Assembly: GCF_036365525.1 (NCBI RefSeq)
Contig: NC_090404.1
Span: 13,358,550-13,422,549 of the forward strand
Source of the DNA: Heterodontus francisci
Lineage: Eukaryota
Direction of reading: 5' to 3'
Length of the DNA: 64,000 nt
This document shows positions 1 to 12,239 of this stretch, piece by piece (within the stretch, counting starts at the first letter, position 1; each line of letters starts with the position of its first letter). The translations under genes and the position numbers were made by a program. Under the pieces are notes generated by a model. The model was not told the origin of the DNA. It did not search any database and saw nothing but the letters and a program-made list of their open reading frames with translations.

Positions 1-598
1 CATTGCAAGCTGGAAGTGGCATCAGTGATGGAGTTACAAAAATACCCAGATTATTTCCAGAGTGCAGTCTGAGACTCGGGCCTGGAGTTTCCTCTCGTCA
101 GCACAACCTCACTTCCATCCACGTCTACACAATGTTTTAAGCTTCATAAATTATTTATGCCCGGACTGCACGTCTCTCTGTGTGAAAATGCCGAGGAATC
201 TCCGGGTCTGGATGTGGTGTACAGGGCAATTCAACTACAGCTGGATACAACTGCAAAATTATTGCCTTTAAAGCAACCACATTCTGTACAACTGAGGCCA
301 TTGATCTGTGTCTAACTATTTCTGTCAAATTCCAGTTATACACCTAATGACATCCAGAATGCTGAAACCAGCATTGATAAAAAAACACAAAGATAAAATG
401 ATTGCAGGCTCAGTTGAGTATCAGTAAAAATTTTCAGCATTAAATTTTGATGATTTTCTTGGCCATTTTGGGGTTTATCCAAATACATCAGTTTTTCTAT
501 TCTTTGACAAACACAGGAAAAGCGGTGAATAGTAGAACACCCCAAATATCACCTCGATCTTGTCATTCTCTTAATCACAGGCAAGGCCATCTCTGTTC

Positions 599-691
599 CG
601 AAGAAGGGTCACTGACCCGAAACGTTAACTCTGCTTCTCTTTCCACAGATGCTGCCAGACCTGCTGAGTGATTCCAGCATTTCTTGTTTTT
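599..691 (+). mobile_element. Short Penelope-terminus-derived element with target-site duplication
   Basis: Matches the 3' end of the Penelope copy at 37.6-37.7 kb (gaagaagggtc..cgttaactctgcttctct..ccagcatttcttgttttta); flanked by direct repeat atctctgttc (589-598 / 692-701). Confidence 0.7.
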
Positions 692-2034
692 ATCTCTGTT
701 CACTTCCTTGTATCCCTCACCACTGACATTCCCCTTCCTTCTGTGTCCACCCTGGAAAAAACTCTCCTCAAGTCACTTGCAACTGCTCTTTCAAACTCAC
801 AACTGTCTCACCATTGGCTGTCCATTTGTCACAATACTTTTACAACTGGCGATCTGCTCAATCAATCTCTGATGCCTTTGCCCTCAGCAAGTAAGGAGGT
901 GTGCACTGTTAATTCAGTCCCACTGCTCCACAGGTCACAACATATTCTTTAAAGTTTTCCCACTTGTTGAAGCAGTCAATTGATAGACTGTTTTTCACCC
1001 AGAAGAGAACACACTAACCAGGCTTCTTTACTGAACACCAAAATTAACAGTTCATTATAAAACAAGTCTTAACTATTAATGAAGTAAAACAATAGAACAT
1101 ATCAAATTTTTTAAATATCCAACATCAAATTTTTTAAAAGTCCTCTTTTCTAACATAAACAATTTTTTAAAATCCCTTTTCACTTTAGTCCCTTCACACC
1201 CGCACTCATACACCCATATCTATATATATTCCTATACATAAATCGGTTAACCGACAAAGTAAGAAAGGATTTTTAGATCAGAGCTCTTTTACAAACAAAA
1301 AGAGCTTAGGTAGATGACTTGCTCATTTTTTGAAGTAAATTGCAGATGAGATATCTTGTTCCAAACTGGCATACAGTCATATCTTCGAGCACATGCAGAT
1401 AAGTCACTACTAGAACAGTTCTCTTCAGGCAGCATTGAAAATGATTTAGCAGGCCTTCTTGAAATACAGGAAACAAGATGAATTCACCATGGACTTCACA
1501 GGATCCTTCAGAGATATTGGAAAACGAAGCTGGGTTGTGGTCTTCTGTTCTTTCTTGACTTCTTCCTCAGGCTTGACACACGCACTGACTGACAACCAAA
1601 ACAGTCTGGCAGTATTTTTGCCCACCCAGATGTTCTGTGCCTGCTACTGGGCTTGTCCAATCAAAGGAGAGTTGTCAATTTTTTTCCCCTGTTGCCCTAA
1701 GCCGAGCCCCAACGAGTTGACAAACAATGACACTATTGCCAAACCCGCCCTCACTGTCCCCATGATATTAAAACATTTATTTAACTTAACTATAAATTCC
1801 TTTTTTAAAAGGTTATTTTTAACAAAAGAGTCACTTTCATAACAATGCTGATAACACCCATCTCTACCTCGCCGCCACCTCTCTTGACCCCTCCAGTGCT
1901 TCTGGGTTGTCAGCCTGCTTGTCAATTCTAAAGCTCTTCTGACTGACCTCCATCCTGCTTAAACTTGAGCTCATCCAAACTCTGCTGCCTTTTACCCCAA
2001 CCATCACAAAGTCCCACTCATCCATCACTACTTA

Positions 2035-2335
2035 GGGTGGCACAGTGGTTAGCACCGCAGCCTCACAGCTCCAGGGACCTGGGTACTGCCTGTGCGGAGT
2101 TTGCAAGTTCTCCCTGTGACCGCGTGGGTTTTCACCAGGTGCTCCGGTTTCCTCCCACAGCCAAAGACTTGCAGGTTGATAGGTAAATTGGCTATTGTAA
2201 ATTGCCCCTAGTATAGGTAGGTGGTAGGGAATATGGGATTACTGTAGGGTTAGTATAAATGGGTGGTTGTTGGTCGGCACAGACTATGTGGGCCACAGGG
2301 CCTGTTTCAGTGCTGTATCTCTAAATAAAATAAAT
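2035..2335 (+). mobile_element. tRNA-derived SINE (HE1/V-SINE-like) inside a degraded LINE 3' fragment
   Basis: tRNA-like head (gtggcacagtggttagcacc), body shared with 37945-38235 and 57505-57700, A-rich tail taaataaaataaa. Confidence 0.75.
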
Positions 2336-3175
2336 ACTGTGCTCACTGACCTACAATGGCTCCAGGTCCACTAATGCCTCCATTTTGAAATTCTCATCTC
2401 GGGTTCAAATCCCTTCAAGGCCTCACCCCTCCCTATATCTGTAACCTCCTCCAGCCGTACAACCCTCAGAGAGCTCTGCATTCCTCCAACTCTGGCCTCT
2501 TACACATCTCTCAGTCTCTCTGTCCCAATGGCTGTGCCTTCAGTCATTGGACCTAAGCTCTGGAATTCCCTCTCTATATCTCTCTGACAGTCCACATCTC
2601 TCCTCCTTTAAGACCCTCCTAAAAACCTACGTCTTTGACCAAGTTTTTAGTCAGCTCTCCTAATATGCCCTTCTTTAGCTCAGTGTCAATTTTTGTTTGA
2701 TTTGTGGGTTTAAGCTTCTGAGATGCACCTTGGGACACTTTCCTACCTTAAAGGTGCAATGCAGATGACAGTTGTTTTTAAAATCACATTATAACAGACT
2801 GGAGAAGCTAGTATTAAAATAATATCTGGGTACACGGAGTTAGATTGCAGATCAACCATGATCTCATTGAATGGCAGAACAAGCTCGAGGGGATAAATGG
2901 CCTTTTCCTGTTCCTATGTCCCTGATAAACTTGGACTCAAACACAGCTGATGAATGGAAACTGGGGAACCAGCACTGAGCAGAGTTAGAGAGTGGGGAAT
3001 GTCTGGGAGAAAGTACATTGGAACTGGAGTAGGCCATTCAGCCCATCAAGCATGCTGCACCATATAATTACAACCTGGCTGATCAACAGAAACAAACCCT
3101 AAATATCAAAATGAACATGGTTCAGTCCTGGATGTGATTAACAGCAAAAATAACAGCAGAATCAAATGACTGCAG

Positions 3176-4101
3176 TCACTTGTGAACACGCTGGTGTCTC
3201 AGCAGGTTGGAGGATTGAGTGAATCCCTTCTCACACACAGAGCAGGTGAACGGCCTCTCCCCAGTGTGAACTCGCTGGTGTGCCAGAAGGTAGGATGAAT
3301 TAGTGAATCCCTTCCCGCACACCAAGCAGGTGAACGGCCTCTCCCCGGCGTGAACCCGCTGGTGTGTCAGCAAGTGGGATGCTTCAGTGAATCCATGACC
3401 ACAAGCGGAGCAGGTGAATGGCTCTCCCCACTGTGAATGCGCTGGTGTCTCAGCAGGAGGGATGAATTAATGAATCCCTTCCCACACAAAGAACAAGTGA
3501 ACGGCCTCTCCCCAGTGTGAACAAGTTGGTGTGTCAGAAGGTTGGATGATCGATTAAATCCCTGCCCACAAATGGAGCAGGTGAATGGCCTCTCCCCAGT
3601 GTGAATGCGCTGGTGTCTCATCAGAAGTGATGAGTTAGTGAATCCCTTCTCACATGTGGAACAGGTGAATGGTCTCTCCCCGGTGTGAACTCGCTGGTGT
3701 GCTAGAAGGTGGGATGAATTAGCGAATCCCTTCCCACACACGGAGCAGGTGAACAGCCAGTCCCCGGTGTGAACTCGCTGGTGTGTCAGAAGGTTGGATG
3801 ATTGATTAAATCCCTGCCCACAAATGGAGCAGGTAAATGGCCTCTCCCCAGTGTGAACGCGCTGGTGTCTCAAAAGGTCGGATGATTCAGTGAATCCCTT
3901 CCCACACACAGAGCAGGTGAATGGCCTCTCCCCTGTGTGAACTCGCCGGTGTGCCCGCAGGTGGGATACTACGGTAAATCGCTTCTCACACAGGGGGCAG
4001 GTAAATGGCCTTTCCCCAGTGTGACTGCGCCGATGAATTTCCAGCTGGGATGGGTAATTGAATCCCTTCCCACAGTCCCCACATTTCCACTGTTTCTCCA
4101 T
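3176..4101 (-). CDS. Tandem C2H2 zinc-finger protein: 8 fingers in frame from ATG 4101 (ORF ends 3367); 3 further fingers lie beyond a 1-nt frameshift near 3421
   Basis: ORF 3367..4137 has 8 C-x2-C-x12-H-x3-H fingers with TGERP(F) linkers; ...HSGE-SHSP shows the frameshift; ORF 3176..3373 continues the fingers. Splice acceptor ttttacag at about 4448. No KRAB or SET domain seen. Confidence 0.85.
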
Positions 4102-4729
4102 GGCTCGGATGTCCTTCTGTCCCTCCAGGTTGGACAATTATTCGAAGCCTTGTACACACACAGAACAGTGTACAGTTTCTCCCACCTGTGAATGGGGCGG
4201 TCTTTTTTCAAGCTTTATATCTGTTTAAAGCTCTTTCCACAGTCAGTGCACTGGAACACTCTCACTCGAGTGTGTGTGTCTTGGTACTTTTCCAGTCACA
4301 CTGATGTTTAAAATCTTTTCCCACAGACAGAACAGACAAACATTTCTCCTTCGTCATTCAAAGGCTGATGAATCAAGTGACTCTGTCAGACCTTGACGTG
4401 ATGTTTGGTTTGAGTTTCCTGTCTGCAAATCCTTCTCTTCAAATCCCCTGTAAAAGGAGTTTACAAAATTGATCACTCCAAGTACAGTATAGAAATTCAG
4501 AACAGACAATTCTAGTTTCAATGGAACATTTTTTCCTCTCTTGTTCCCCAAAGTTGTAAATCCCCGTCCCACACACTCTTCCTCCTCCCTGTGTTGAGAT
4601 TTAAAGCCATCGCACCATCTCTTTCCTCCACTACCAGTTTTCTCCCTCCCTCTACTCTGTCTGGGTTCAATTCTCCATCCCCTGTGTGCAGAGTGAGAAT
4701 CAAATCAATGATTTTCTCTCCTGGTCACA

Positions 4730-5640
4730 GGGACCCTGAAGCCCCGCCCATTCAGTGTCATCGCCAAGATGACTGCGCATGCGCTCTGCTCCTCGCTCAG
4801 CCAAGATGGCGGCCATTAAATAGGCCTGTTCCAGGGTAAAAGACCCGGAGCTGCAAACGCGGGACCTGCAGGTTCTTAATCGGGGCTTGCGGTTTACATC
4901 AGGTGTTTCTGAAGCTTCGCCGCCCACCCATCGGTTCAATTCCTCTTCTGCGCCCCGCTGATTCTCACCCGCTGCAAAAACGTCTCCAACCGTTGCAGAG
5001 TTCTGATCAAAGTGACAGTGCGCATGCTCTAGATACAGTCCAACCCCGCGCCTGCGCACTGGACTCCTGTAATGTGAGACGGGCACATTGACTTCCGCCA
5101 TTAAAACCCCAAGGGCAGGCTCAGAAATAAAGACTATCTTTGTTAGGGCGGGACAAAGCAGCAAAAGTAAACTAACATTAAGATTATAATATACCTACAT
5201 AATATTTTGCCCCAGAAGAACTGTAAATGAGGTCCATCCCAGCTTGCGAAAGGCAAATAATTTTTTTTACAAATACTGCAATATAGTCAATTGTCCATAT
5301 AGGGAGTGGCGCTTCATTTCTCCTGGCTTAATGAGCAGGTTTGCCCCTAACAAAGATGGCGACTATGGGGCGGGGCTTGGCGCGCGTGCGTGAATTGCCC
5401 GACGGCGGTTGTCGGGGGCGCGCGGTGGATTTTGCGATGTTTCAACGGGAAACGGTTAACGGTCGCTGGCGTTGCCATGCCTGCGGGGGGCGGGGCTTGG
5501 TAACGGCGCGTGCCGGTACAGGTGGGTCATAGAGCTCGAGCTGAGTAGTAGGAGGTCAGCGGCCAGGAGTAAGGCCGCGGAGAGAGCCTGGGGCTCGAGT
5601 GGGAGCCGGCAGCCGCCGGGCTGGCCTCTCTCCTGGGGAG
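4730..5640. promoter_or_regulatory. CpG-island, probable bidirectional promoter of the two ZNF genes
   Basis: CpG/GC-rich; YY1-type AAGATGGCG at about 4803 and 5353, NRF1-type TGCGCATGCGC at about 4774, GC boxes; lies between divergently oriented paralogous ZNF exons. Confidence 0.7.
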
Positions 5641-5829
5641 GACACTACACTGACTGGGGCCACCCAAAATACTGAAACATGGGGATTTTAATGTCACAGC
5701 CTTTGCGGGGGAGGCAATGGGTGTGAGAAAACCTGGTTGATAATTACTGAGCTTGGATGGGTTTTGGTGTCTCCAGTGGGTGGGCTTCAGATTTTCCACC
5801 AGTCCCTTCGAGGAAAGGACTGGCTGCAA

Positions 5830-6400
5830 GTTTTTACTAATTCATTCTTGGGATGTGGGCATCGCTGGCAAAGCTGGTATTTATTACCCTGTCTGTAGTC
5901 ACCCCTTGAGAAGGTGCTGGTGGTGGGCGGCCGCCTCCTTGAACCGGTTTCATATGACTGAGTGGCTCATTCGGCCACTTCAGGGGCAGTTAATAGTCAC
6001 CCATGTTAGTGTAAGACTTCAGTCACATATACAGTCCCAGACCAGGTAAGGACAGCAGGTTTCCATCCCTCAAGGAGCATTAATGAACCAATTTTATGCT
6101 AATTGTGGAAAAGTGGACTCTCCAGTCCTTTATCCCTTTGCTGTTTGTGGGATCTTGCTGTGCGCAGCTTGGCTGATCACGACCTATATTACAGGAGTCC
6201 GTACGCATTTTAAAGATGCTTAATTGGCTGAAAAGCACTTTGGAGCACCCTGAGGTTGGGAAAGACATTGTATAAATACACATTCTTGGGTCATACAGCA
6301 GCTTCATGGCCACTTCTACTGAAAACCATATTTTTTATTTCCAGATATTATCTTCCAATTCTCAAACTGCCATGGCAGGATTTGAATTCACGGCCTCTGG
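5830..6400 (-). mobile_element. SINE fragments (family also at 17010-17370 and 60800-61200)
   Basis: Reverse complement of the cacatcccatgaa tail and the ccttacc(t)ggtct body seen in the other copies. Confidence 0.55.
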
Positions 6401-7059
6401 ATGAATGGAACAGAACCACAAGCTGTGTGACAGAGTGTTTAATTCAGGAATTTGGTAAGTGTGGGAATTTCAAGGGTTGATCTCTTTCTAAAATCTAGTC
6501 AAGTTTCCATTTAACATGACTTTAACATTAAATTGTAGTTCCTTTCAGTCTTAGTCAGTGGTAAACAAGCTGCCCGCTAGTATCTGCTGCACAGTTAGTT
6601 ACGTAGGTAGCTAGTTAGAACTGGTTCCTCAGTCAGCAGGGCCTGACTCAGGTCTCTGGATTTCTCGTTAATATAAATGCTGGAGGTTTTGCTAATGCAC
6701 AAAGTAAGCAGCACAAAGATCTGCGAGACAGAGAGCTGAACTCAGAATTTGGTGCAATGAGGGAGGAGGTGCTGTTCTGGTCTTTTACAGAACAAGCAGT
6801 GATCCAAGAGAGGGAGCCAGAGACAGTAAAACCTGAGAGCTGAAGCCCAGAGACATCCATTAGGGAGCAGGTAGCTGATTGGTTGGTGAGTATTAATTTT
6901 TTTCCCTTTATAAACTGGGCCAGTAGTTTAAACTGGTACTGACGAGATATAAGTATTGTATTAAATATGTAGGTTAACTAGTTAAATTACTAAATATAAC
7001 TACAAATTATCAGTGATATTTCTAAACCTAAAACCTAATTAGTTAAGTAAAACACAGTA

Positions 7060-8460
7060 GAGGTGGCAGGGCAGGTAATGTGTTGCAGCTGTAGCATGTG
7101 GGAACTGGTGAATACCAGTGTGATCCACCGCAATCGTATCTGCAGTAAGTGTCTGCAGCTCGAGGAATATCAGCTCAGAGATGATGAGCTAGAGTCCGAG
7201 CTTCAGACACTGCGATGCATCAGGGAGGGTGAAATGTCACCTGGACGCTTTGTTCCTTAGGCTAGGTACTTCAGATGTGGTCCGTGGTCTGGGACAGGAG
7301 GGTGTGACTGCGAGTGAGGCAGGTATGGGGACCCAGAAAGTAGCAATGGAGGAGTCTCTGTCCCTGCACTTGTCCAACAGATTTGAGGTTGTTACAGCTT
7401 GTGTGGCCGAGAGCAGGGACTGCAGGGAGGATGAGCAAACTGACCACAGCACCGTGGTGCAGGGGGCCATTCAAGTGGGGGAAATAAAAAGGAATGTTGT
7501 AGTAGGTACAGTATAGTTAGGGAGATAGGTACTGTTCTTTGCAGTTGACAGTGTAAGTCCCGAAGGCTGTGTTGCCTACCCGGTGCCAAGGTTAAGGACG
7601 TCTCCTCGGGGCTGGAGAGGAACTTGGAGTAGGAGGGGAAGGATCCAGTTGTCATGGTCCATGTGGGTACCAACAACCAAAAACTGAACTGTATCCGCTA
7701 CATAAATACTGTGGCTACAAGAGCAGGTCAGAGGTTGGTAATTCTGTGGTGAGCAACTCCCCTCCTGTCTCCCCAGTTCCTGTCCTCCATCTACAAGGCA
7801 CAAGTCAGGAGTGTATTGGAATACTCTCCACTTGACTGGATGGGTGCAGCTCCAACAACACTCAAGAAGCTTGGCACTATCCAGGACAAAGCAGCCCGCT
7901 TGATTAGCACCCCATCTACAAACATTTACTCCCTCCATCATTGACGCACAGTGGCAGCAGTGTGTACCATCTACAAGATGCACTGCAGCAATGCACCAAG
8001 GCTGCTTAGACAGCACCTTCCAAACCCGTGATCTCTACCACCTGGAAGGACAAGGGCAGCAGATGCATGGGAACACCACCACCTGCAAGTTCCCCTTCAA
8101 GCCACACACCATTCTGACCTGGAACGATATCACCGTTCCTTCACTGTCACTGGGTGAGAATTCTGAAACTCCCTTCCTAACAGCACTGTGGGTGTACCTA
8201 CCCCACATGGACTGCAGTGGTTCAAGAAGGCAGCTCATGCCAGCGATGCTCGCATCCCATGAATGGATTTTTTAAAAAGAGAGGATTAAGAAAGAGGTTC
8301 GACTGAGGGAGTTTGAGCAGCAAGGGGCTAAATTAAGAGGTAGAAGCACAAAGGTAATAGTCTGTGGACTGCTACCTGAGCCATGAGTGAATTGGTGTAG
8401 GGTAAATAAAATCAGAGAGTTGAATGTGTGGCTCAAAGATTGGTGTGGGAGAAATGTGTG
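7060..8460 (+). mobile_element. CR1 LINE ORF1 remnant (Zn-finger/zipper + GDSL-esterase type), interrupted at about 7672-8280 by the 3' end of a second LINE
   Basis: CCSCSMWE..ICSKCLQLE..., CLPGAKVKDVSSGLERNL, VHVGTN, resuming as KVIVCGLLPEP after the insert; paralogous to 50187-50711. The insert matches 52300-52980. Confidence 0.8.
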
Positions 8461-8479
8461 ACATCACAGGAAAGCTGCA

Positions 8480-8900
8480 AGGTGATTGATTGGTGAGTAA
8501 CCGCTGTTAGGGAACTATGCAGCGAGTCCCACTCCCCGACTCGATCCCCATAGACCAGCAAGTCTGTTTCTCTTAGGTGGCCATCTAACCTCCTCTTGAA
8601 GTCATTGATCGTCTCCACTTCCCCCACCCTTGGGGGCAGCAAGTTCCAGGTCATTACCACCCACTGTGTTAAAAAAAAAAAAGTTCTTCCCCTGCATCTA
8701 TTGCCCAAAATGTTCAATCTGTGTCCCCTAGCCCTTGTGTCATTTGTTATTGGGAACAGTTTTTCCTTGTCTAACTTAGCTAAGCCTGTAATGATCTTGT
8801 ACACTTCGATTAAATCTCCCCTCAATCTCCTTTGTTCTAAGGAGCACAAACCCAGCTATTCCAACCTAACCTTGTAACTAAAATTCCCCTTCCCAGGAAC
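8480..8900 (-). mobile_element. CR1 LINE 3' fragment
   Basis: [18 protein letters not shown]...RARGHRL...WNLLP is the CR1 ORF2 C-terminus. Confidence 0.85.
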
Positions 8901-9408
8901 CACTTGAGTAAATCTCTGTTCTGTGTGTTCTGAATTTCCATTCTGTACTCACGGTGATAACCTTTGTAAAACTCCTTTTGCAGGGTGTTAGAAGGGAAGG
9001 ATTTGCAGACAGGATACTCAAACTGTCGATCACCTCATGATCTGACAGAGTCACTCGATTCATCAGGACCTGAATATCATCAGCCTTTGAATGTGGAAGG
9101 AGAAATGTTTGTCTGTTCTGTATGTGGGAATACATTTCGGACATCAGTGTGACTGGAAAGGCATCGAGACACACACGCCCGAGTGGGAATGTTCCAGTGC
9201 ACTGACTGTGGAAAGAGCTTTAACCAGTTACACAGGCTGAAAAAATATTACATTGTTCACGGTGTTCTGTGTATGGACGAGACTTCCACTGATCATCCAA
9301 CCTGGAGAGATATAAGGACACTCGCACCATGAAGAAAGCGTGGAAATATGGGGACTGTAGGAAGGGATTCAGTTGCCCGTATGAACTAGAAATTGATTAA
9401 TGCAGTCA

Positions 9409-10987
9409 CACCGGGGAGAGGCCATTCACCTGCTCCGTGTGTGAGTAAGGATTTAATCGATCATCTACCCTGCTGAGACATCAGCGAGTTCACACCGGGG
9501 AGAGGTTGTTCACCTGCTCTGTGTGTGAGCAAGGGTTTAATCGATCATCTACCCTGCTGAGACATCAGCGAGTTCACACTGGGGAGAGGTTGTTCACCTG
9601 CTCCGTGTGTGGGCAGGGATTTAATCGATCATCTACCCTGCTGAGACATCAGCGAGTTCACACCGGGGAGAGGTTGTTCACCTGCTCTGTGTGTGAGCAA
9701 GGGTTTAATCGATCAGCTACCCTGCTGAGACATCAGCGAGTTCACACTGGGGAGAGGCCATTCACCTGCTCTGTGTGTGAGCAAGGGTTTAATCGATCAG
9801 CCAGCCTGCTGAGACATCAGCGAGTTCACACCGGGGAGAGGTTGTTCACCTGCTCTGTGTGTGAGCAAGGGTTTAATCGATCATCTACCCTGCTGAGACA
9901 TCAGCGAGTTCACACTGGGGAGAGGCCATTCACCTGCTCTGTGTGTGAGTAAGGATTTAATCGATCATCTACCCTGCTGAGACATCAGCGAGTTCACACC
10001 GGGGAGAGGTTGTTCACCTGCTCTGTGTGTGAGCAAGGGTTTAATCGATCATCTACCCTGCTGAGACATCAGCGAGTTCACACTGGGGAGAGGCCATTCA
10101 CCTGCTCTGTGTGTGAGCAAGGGTTTAATCGATCAGCCAGCCTGCTGAGACATCAGCGAGTTCACATCGGGGAGAGGTTGTTCACCTGCTCTGTGTGTGA
10201 GCAAGGGTTTAATCGATCAGCCAGCCTGCTGAGACATCAGCGAGTTCACACCGGGGAGAGGTTGTTCACCTGCTCAGTGTGTGAGCAAGGGTTTAATCGA
10301 TCATCTACACTGCTGAGACATCAGCGAGTTCACACCGGGGAGAGGTTGTTCACCTGCTCTGTGTGTGAGCAAGGGTTTAATCGATCATCTACACTGCTGA
10401 GACATCAGCGAGTTCACACCGGGGAGAGGTTGTTCGTCTGCTCTGTGTGTGAGCAAGGGTTTAATCGATCAGCCAGCCTGCTGAGACATCAGCGAGTTCA
10501 CATCGGGGAGAGGTTGTTCACCTGCTCCGTGTGTGGGCAGGGATTTAATCGATCAGCTACCCTGCTGAGACACCAGCGAGTTCACATCGGGGAGAGGTTG
10601 TTCACCTGCTCCGTGTGTGGGCAGGGATTTAATCGATCAGCTACCCTGCTGAGACATCAGCGAGTTCACACCGGGGAGAGGTTGTTCACCTGCTCTGTGT
10701 GTGAGCAAGGGTTTAATCGATCATCTACACTGCTGAGACATCAGCGAGTTCACACTGGGGAGAGGTTGTTCACCTGCTCTGTGTGTGAGCAAGGGTTTAA
10801 TCGATCATCTACCCTGCTGAGACATCAGCGAGTTCACACCGGGGAGAGGTTGTTCACCTGCTCTGTGTGTGAGCAAGGGTTTAATCGATCATCTACACTG
10901 CTGAGACATCAGCGAGTTCACACCGGGGAGAGGTTGTTCACCTGCTCTGTGTGTGAGCAAGGGTTTAATCGATCATCTACACTGCTG
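9409..10987 (+). repeat. 84-bp coding minisatellite: about 19 near-identical zinc-finger units ([28 protein letters not shown])
   Basis: Direct inspection; ORFs 9506..9952 and 10010..11065. Confidence 0.95.
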
Positions 10988-11534
10988 GCATCAGGTGGCA
11001 GGACTATATCTCCAACACAGAAGTCCTTGAAGCGGCCAACATCCCCAGCTTATACACACTACTGAGTCAGCGGCGCTTGAGATGGCTTGGCCATGTGAGC
11101 CGCATGGAAGATGGCAGGATCCCCAAAGACACATTGTACAGTGAGCTCGCCACTGGTATCAGACCCACCGGCCGTCCATGTCTCCGTTATAAAGACGTCT
11201 GCAAACGCGACATGAAATCGTGTGACATTGATCACAAGTCGTGGGAGTCAGTTGCCAGCATTCGCCAGAGCTGGCGGGCAGCCATAAAGACAGGGCTAAA
11301 TTGTGGCGAGTCGAAGAGACTTAGTAGTTGGCAGGAAAAAAGACAGAGGCGCAAGGGGAGAGCCAACTGTGCAACAGCCCCAACAAACAAATTTCTCTGC
11401 AGCACCTGTGGAAGAGCCTGTCACTCCAGAATTGGCCTTTATAGCCACTCCATGCGCTGCTTCACAAACCACTGACCACCTCCAGGCGCGTATCCATTGT
11501 CTCTCGAGATAAGGAGGCCCAAAAGAAAGAAGAA
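10988..11534 (+). mobile_element. 5'-truncated RTE-clade LINE (RTE/BovB-like) with 9-bp TSD
   Basis: [61 protein letters not shown]; (aaag)n tail; TSD acactgctg at 10979-10987 and 11535-11543. Confidence 0.9.
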
Positions 11535-12239
11535 ACACTGCTGAGACATCAGCGAGTTCACACCGGGGAGAGGTTGTTCACCTGCACCATGTGTGGGAAG
11601 GGATTCATGAATTCATCCACCCGGCTGACACACCAGCACATTCATATTATCCAGTTGAGCTGGAATCTCATCTACGCAGCCACACCCTGGAGAGGCTTTT
11701 TACCTGCTCCGTGTGTGGGAAGGGATTCACTGAGTCATCCAACCTCCGGAAGCACCGGAGTCTTCACACTGGGAAGAAACCTCTTAAATGTCCAGACTGA
11801 GGGAATTGCTATAAACATTCAGCTCAATTGAGGTCCCATCAACGTGTTGACACTGATGAGAGACCGTCCAGGTGCTCTCAGTGTGGAAATGGATTCAAAT
11901 TATCAAGCGACCTCACTGTACACCAGCGCATTCACACTGGAGAGAGGCCGTTCACCTGCTCTGAGTGTGGACAGGGATTCACTCGGTCATCCCACCGGCT
12001 GAGACAGCAGCAAGTTCACACTGAGGAAAGGCTGTTCACCTGCTCCACATGTGGGAAGGGATTCATTGATTCATCCAACCTGCTGAAGCACCATTGAGTT
12101 CACACTGGGGAGAAGCTGTTCAACTGCTTCATGTGTGGGATGAGATTTGCTCATTCGTGCCACCTGTTGACACACGAGTGACTTCACAAGTAACTATAGT
12201 GATTGAATTCTGCTGTTAATCACATCCAGGACTGAACCA

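Larger units (their letters stand above)
8984..12193 (+). pseudogene. C2H2 zinc-finger pseudogene, inverted paralog of the 3.2-4.4 kb gene
   Basis: Acceptor and 5' exon sequence (actccttttgcag...gatttgcagacagga) match the reverse complement of 4380-4460; in-frame stops (9446, 9950), frameshifts and an RTE insertion; ends ...HK* like the paralog. Confidence 0.85.

Noticed and set aside
20-345. Possible highly decayed Ig-V-like exon on the minus strand (..VSDCTLE..SGYFC)
   Set aside because: Needs several frameshifts and stops; no RSS or leader; cannot be supported without a profile search.
940-1845. Possible solo LTR on the minus strand
   Set aside because: Composition is suggestive, but termini and TSD could not be defined.
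9409-10987. CRISPR-like or PRDM9 call for the regular arrays
   Set aside because: Units are contiguous with no unique spacers; vertebrate context; no SET, KRAB or SSXRD exon seen.
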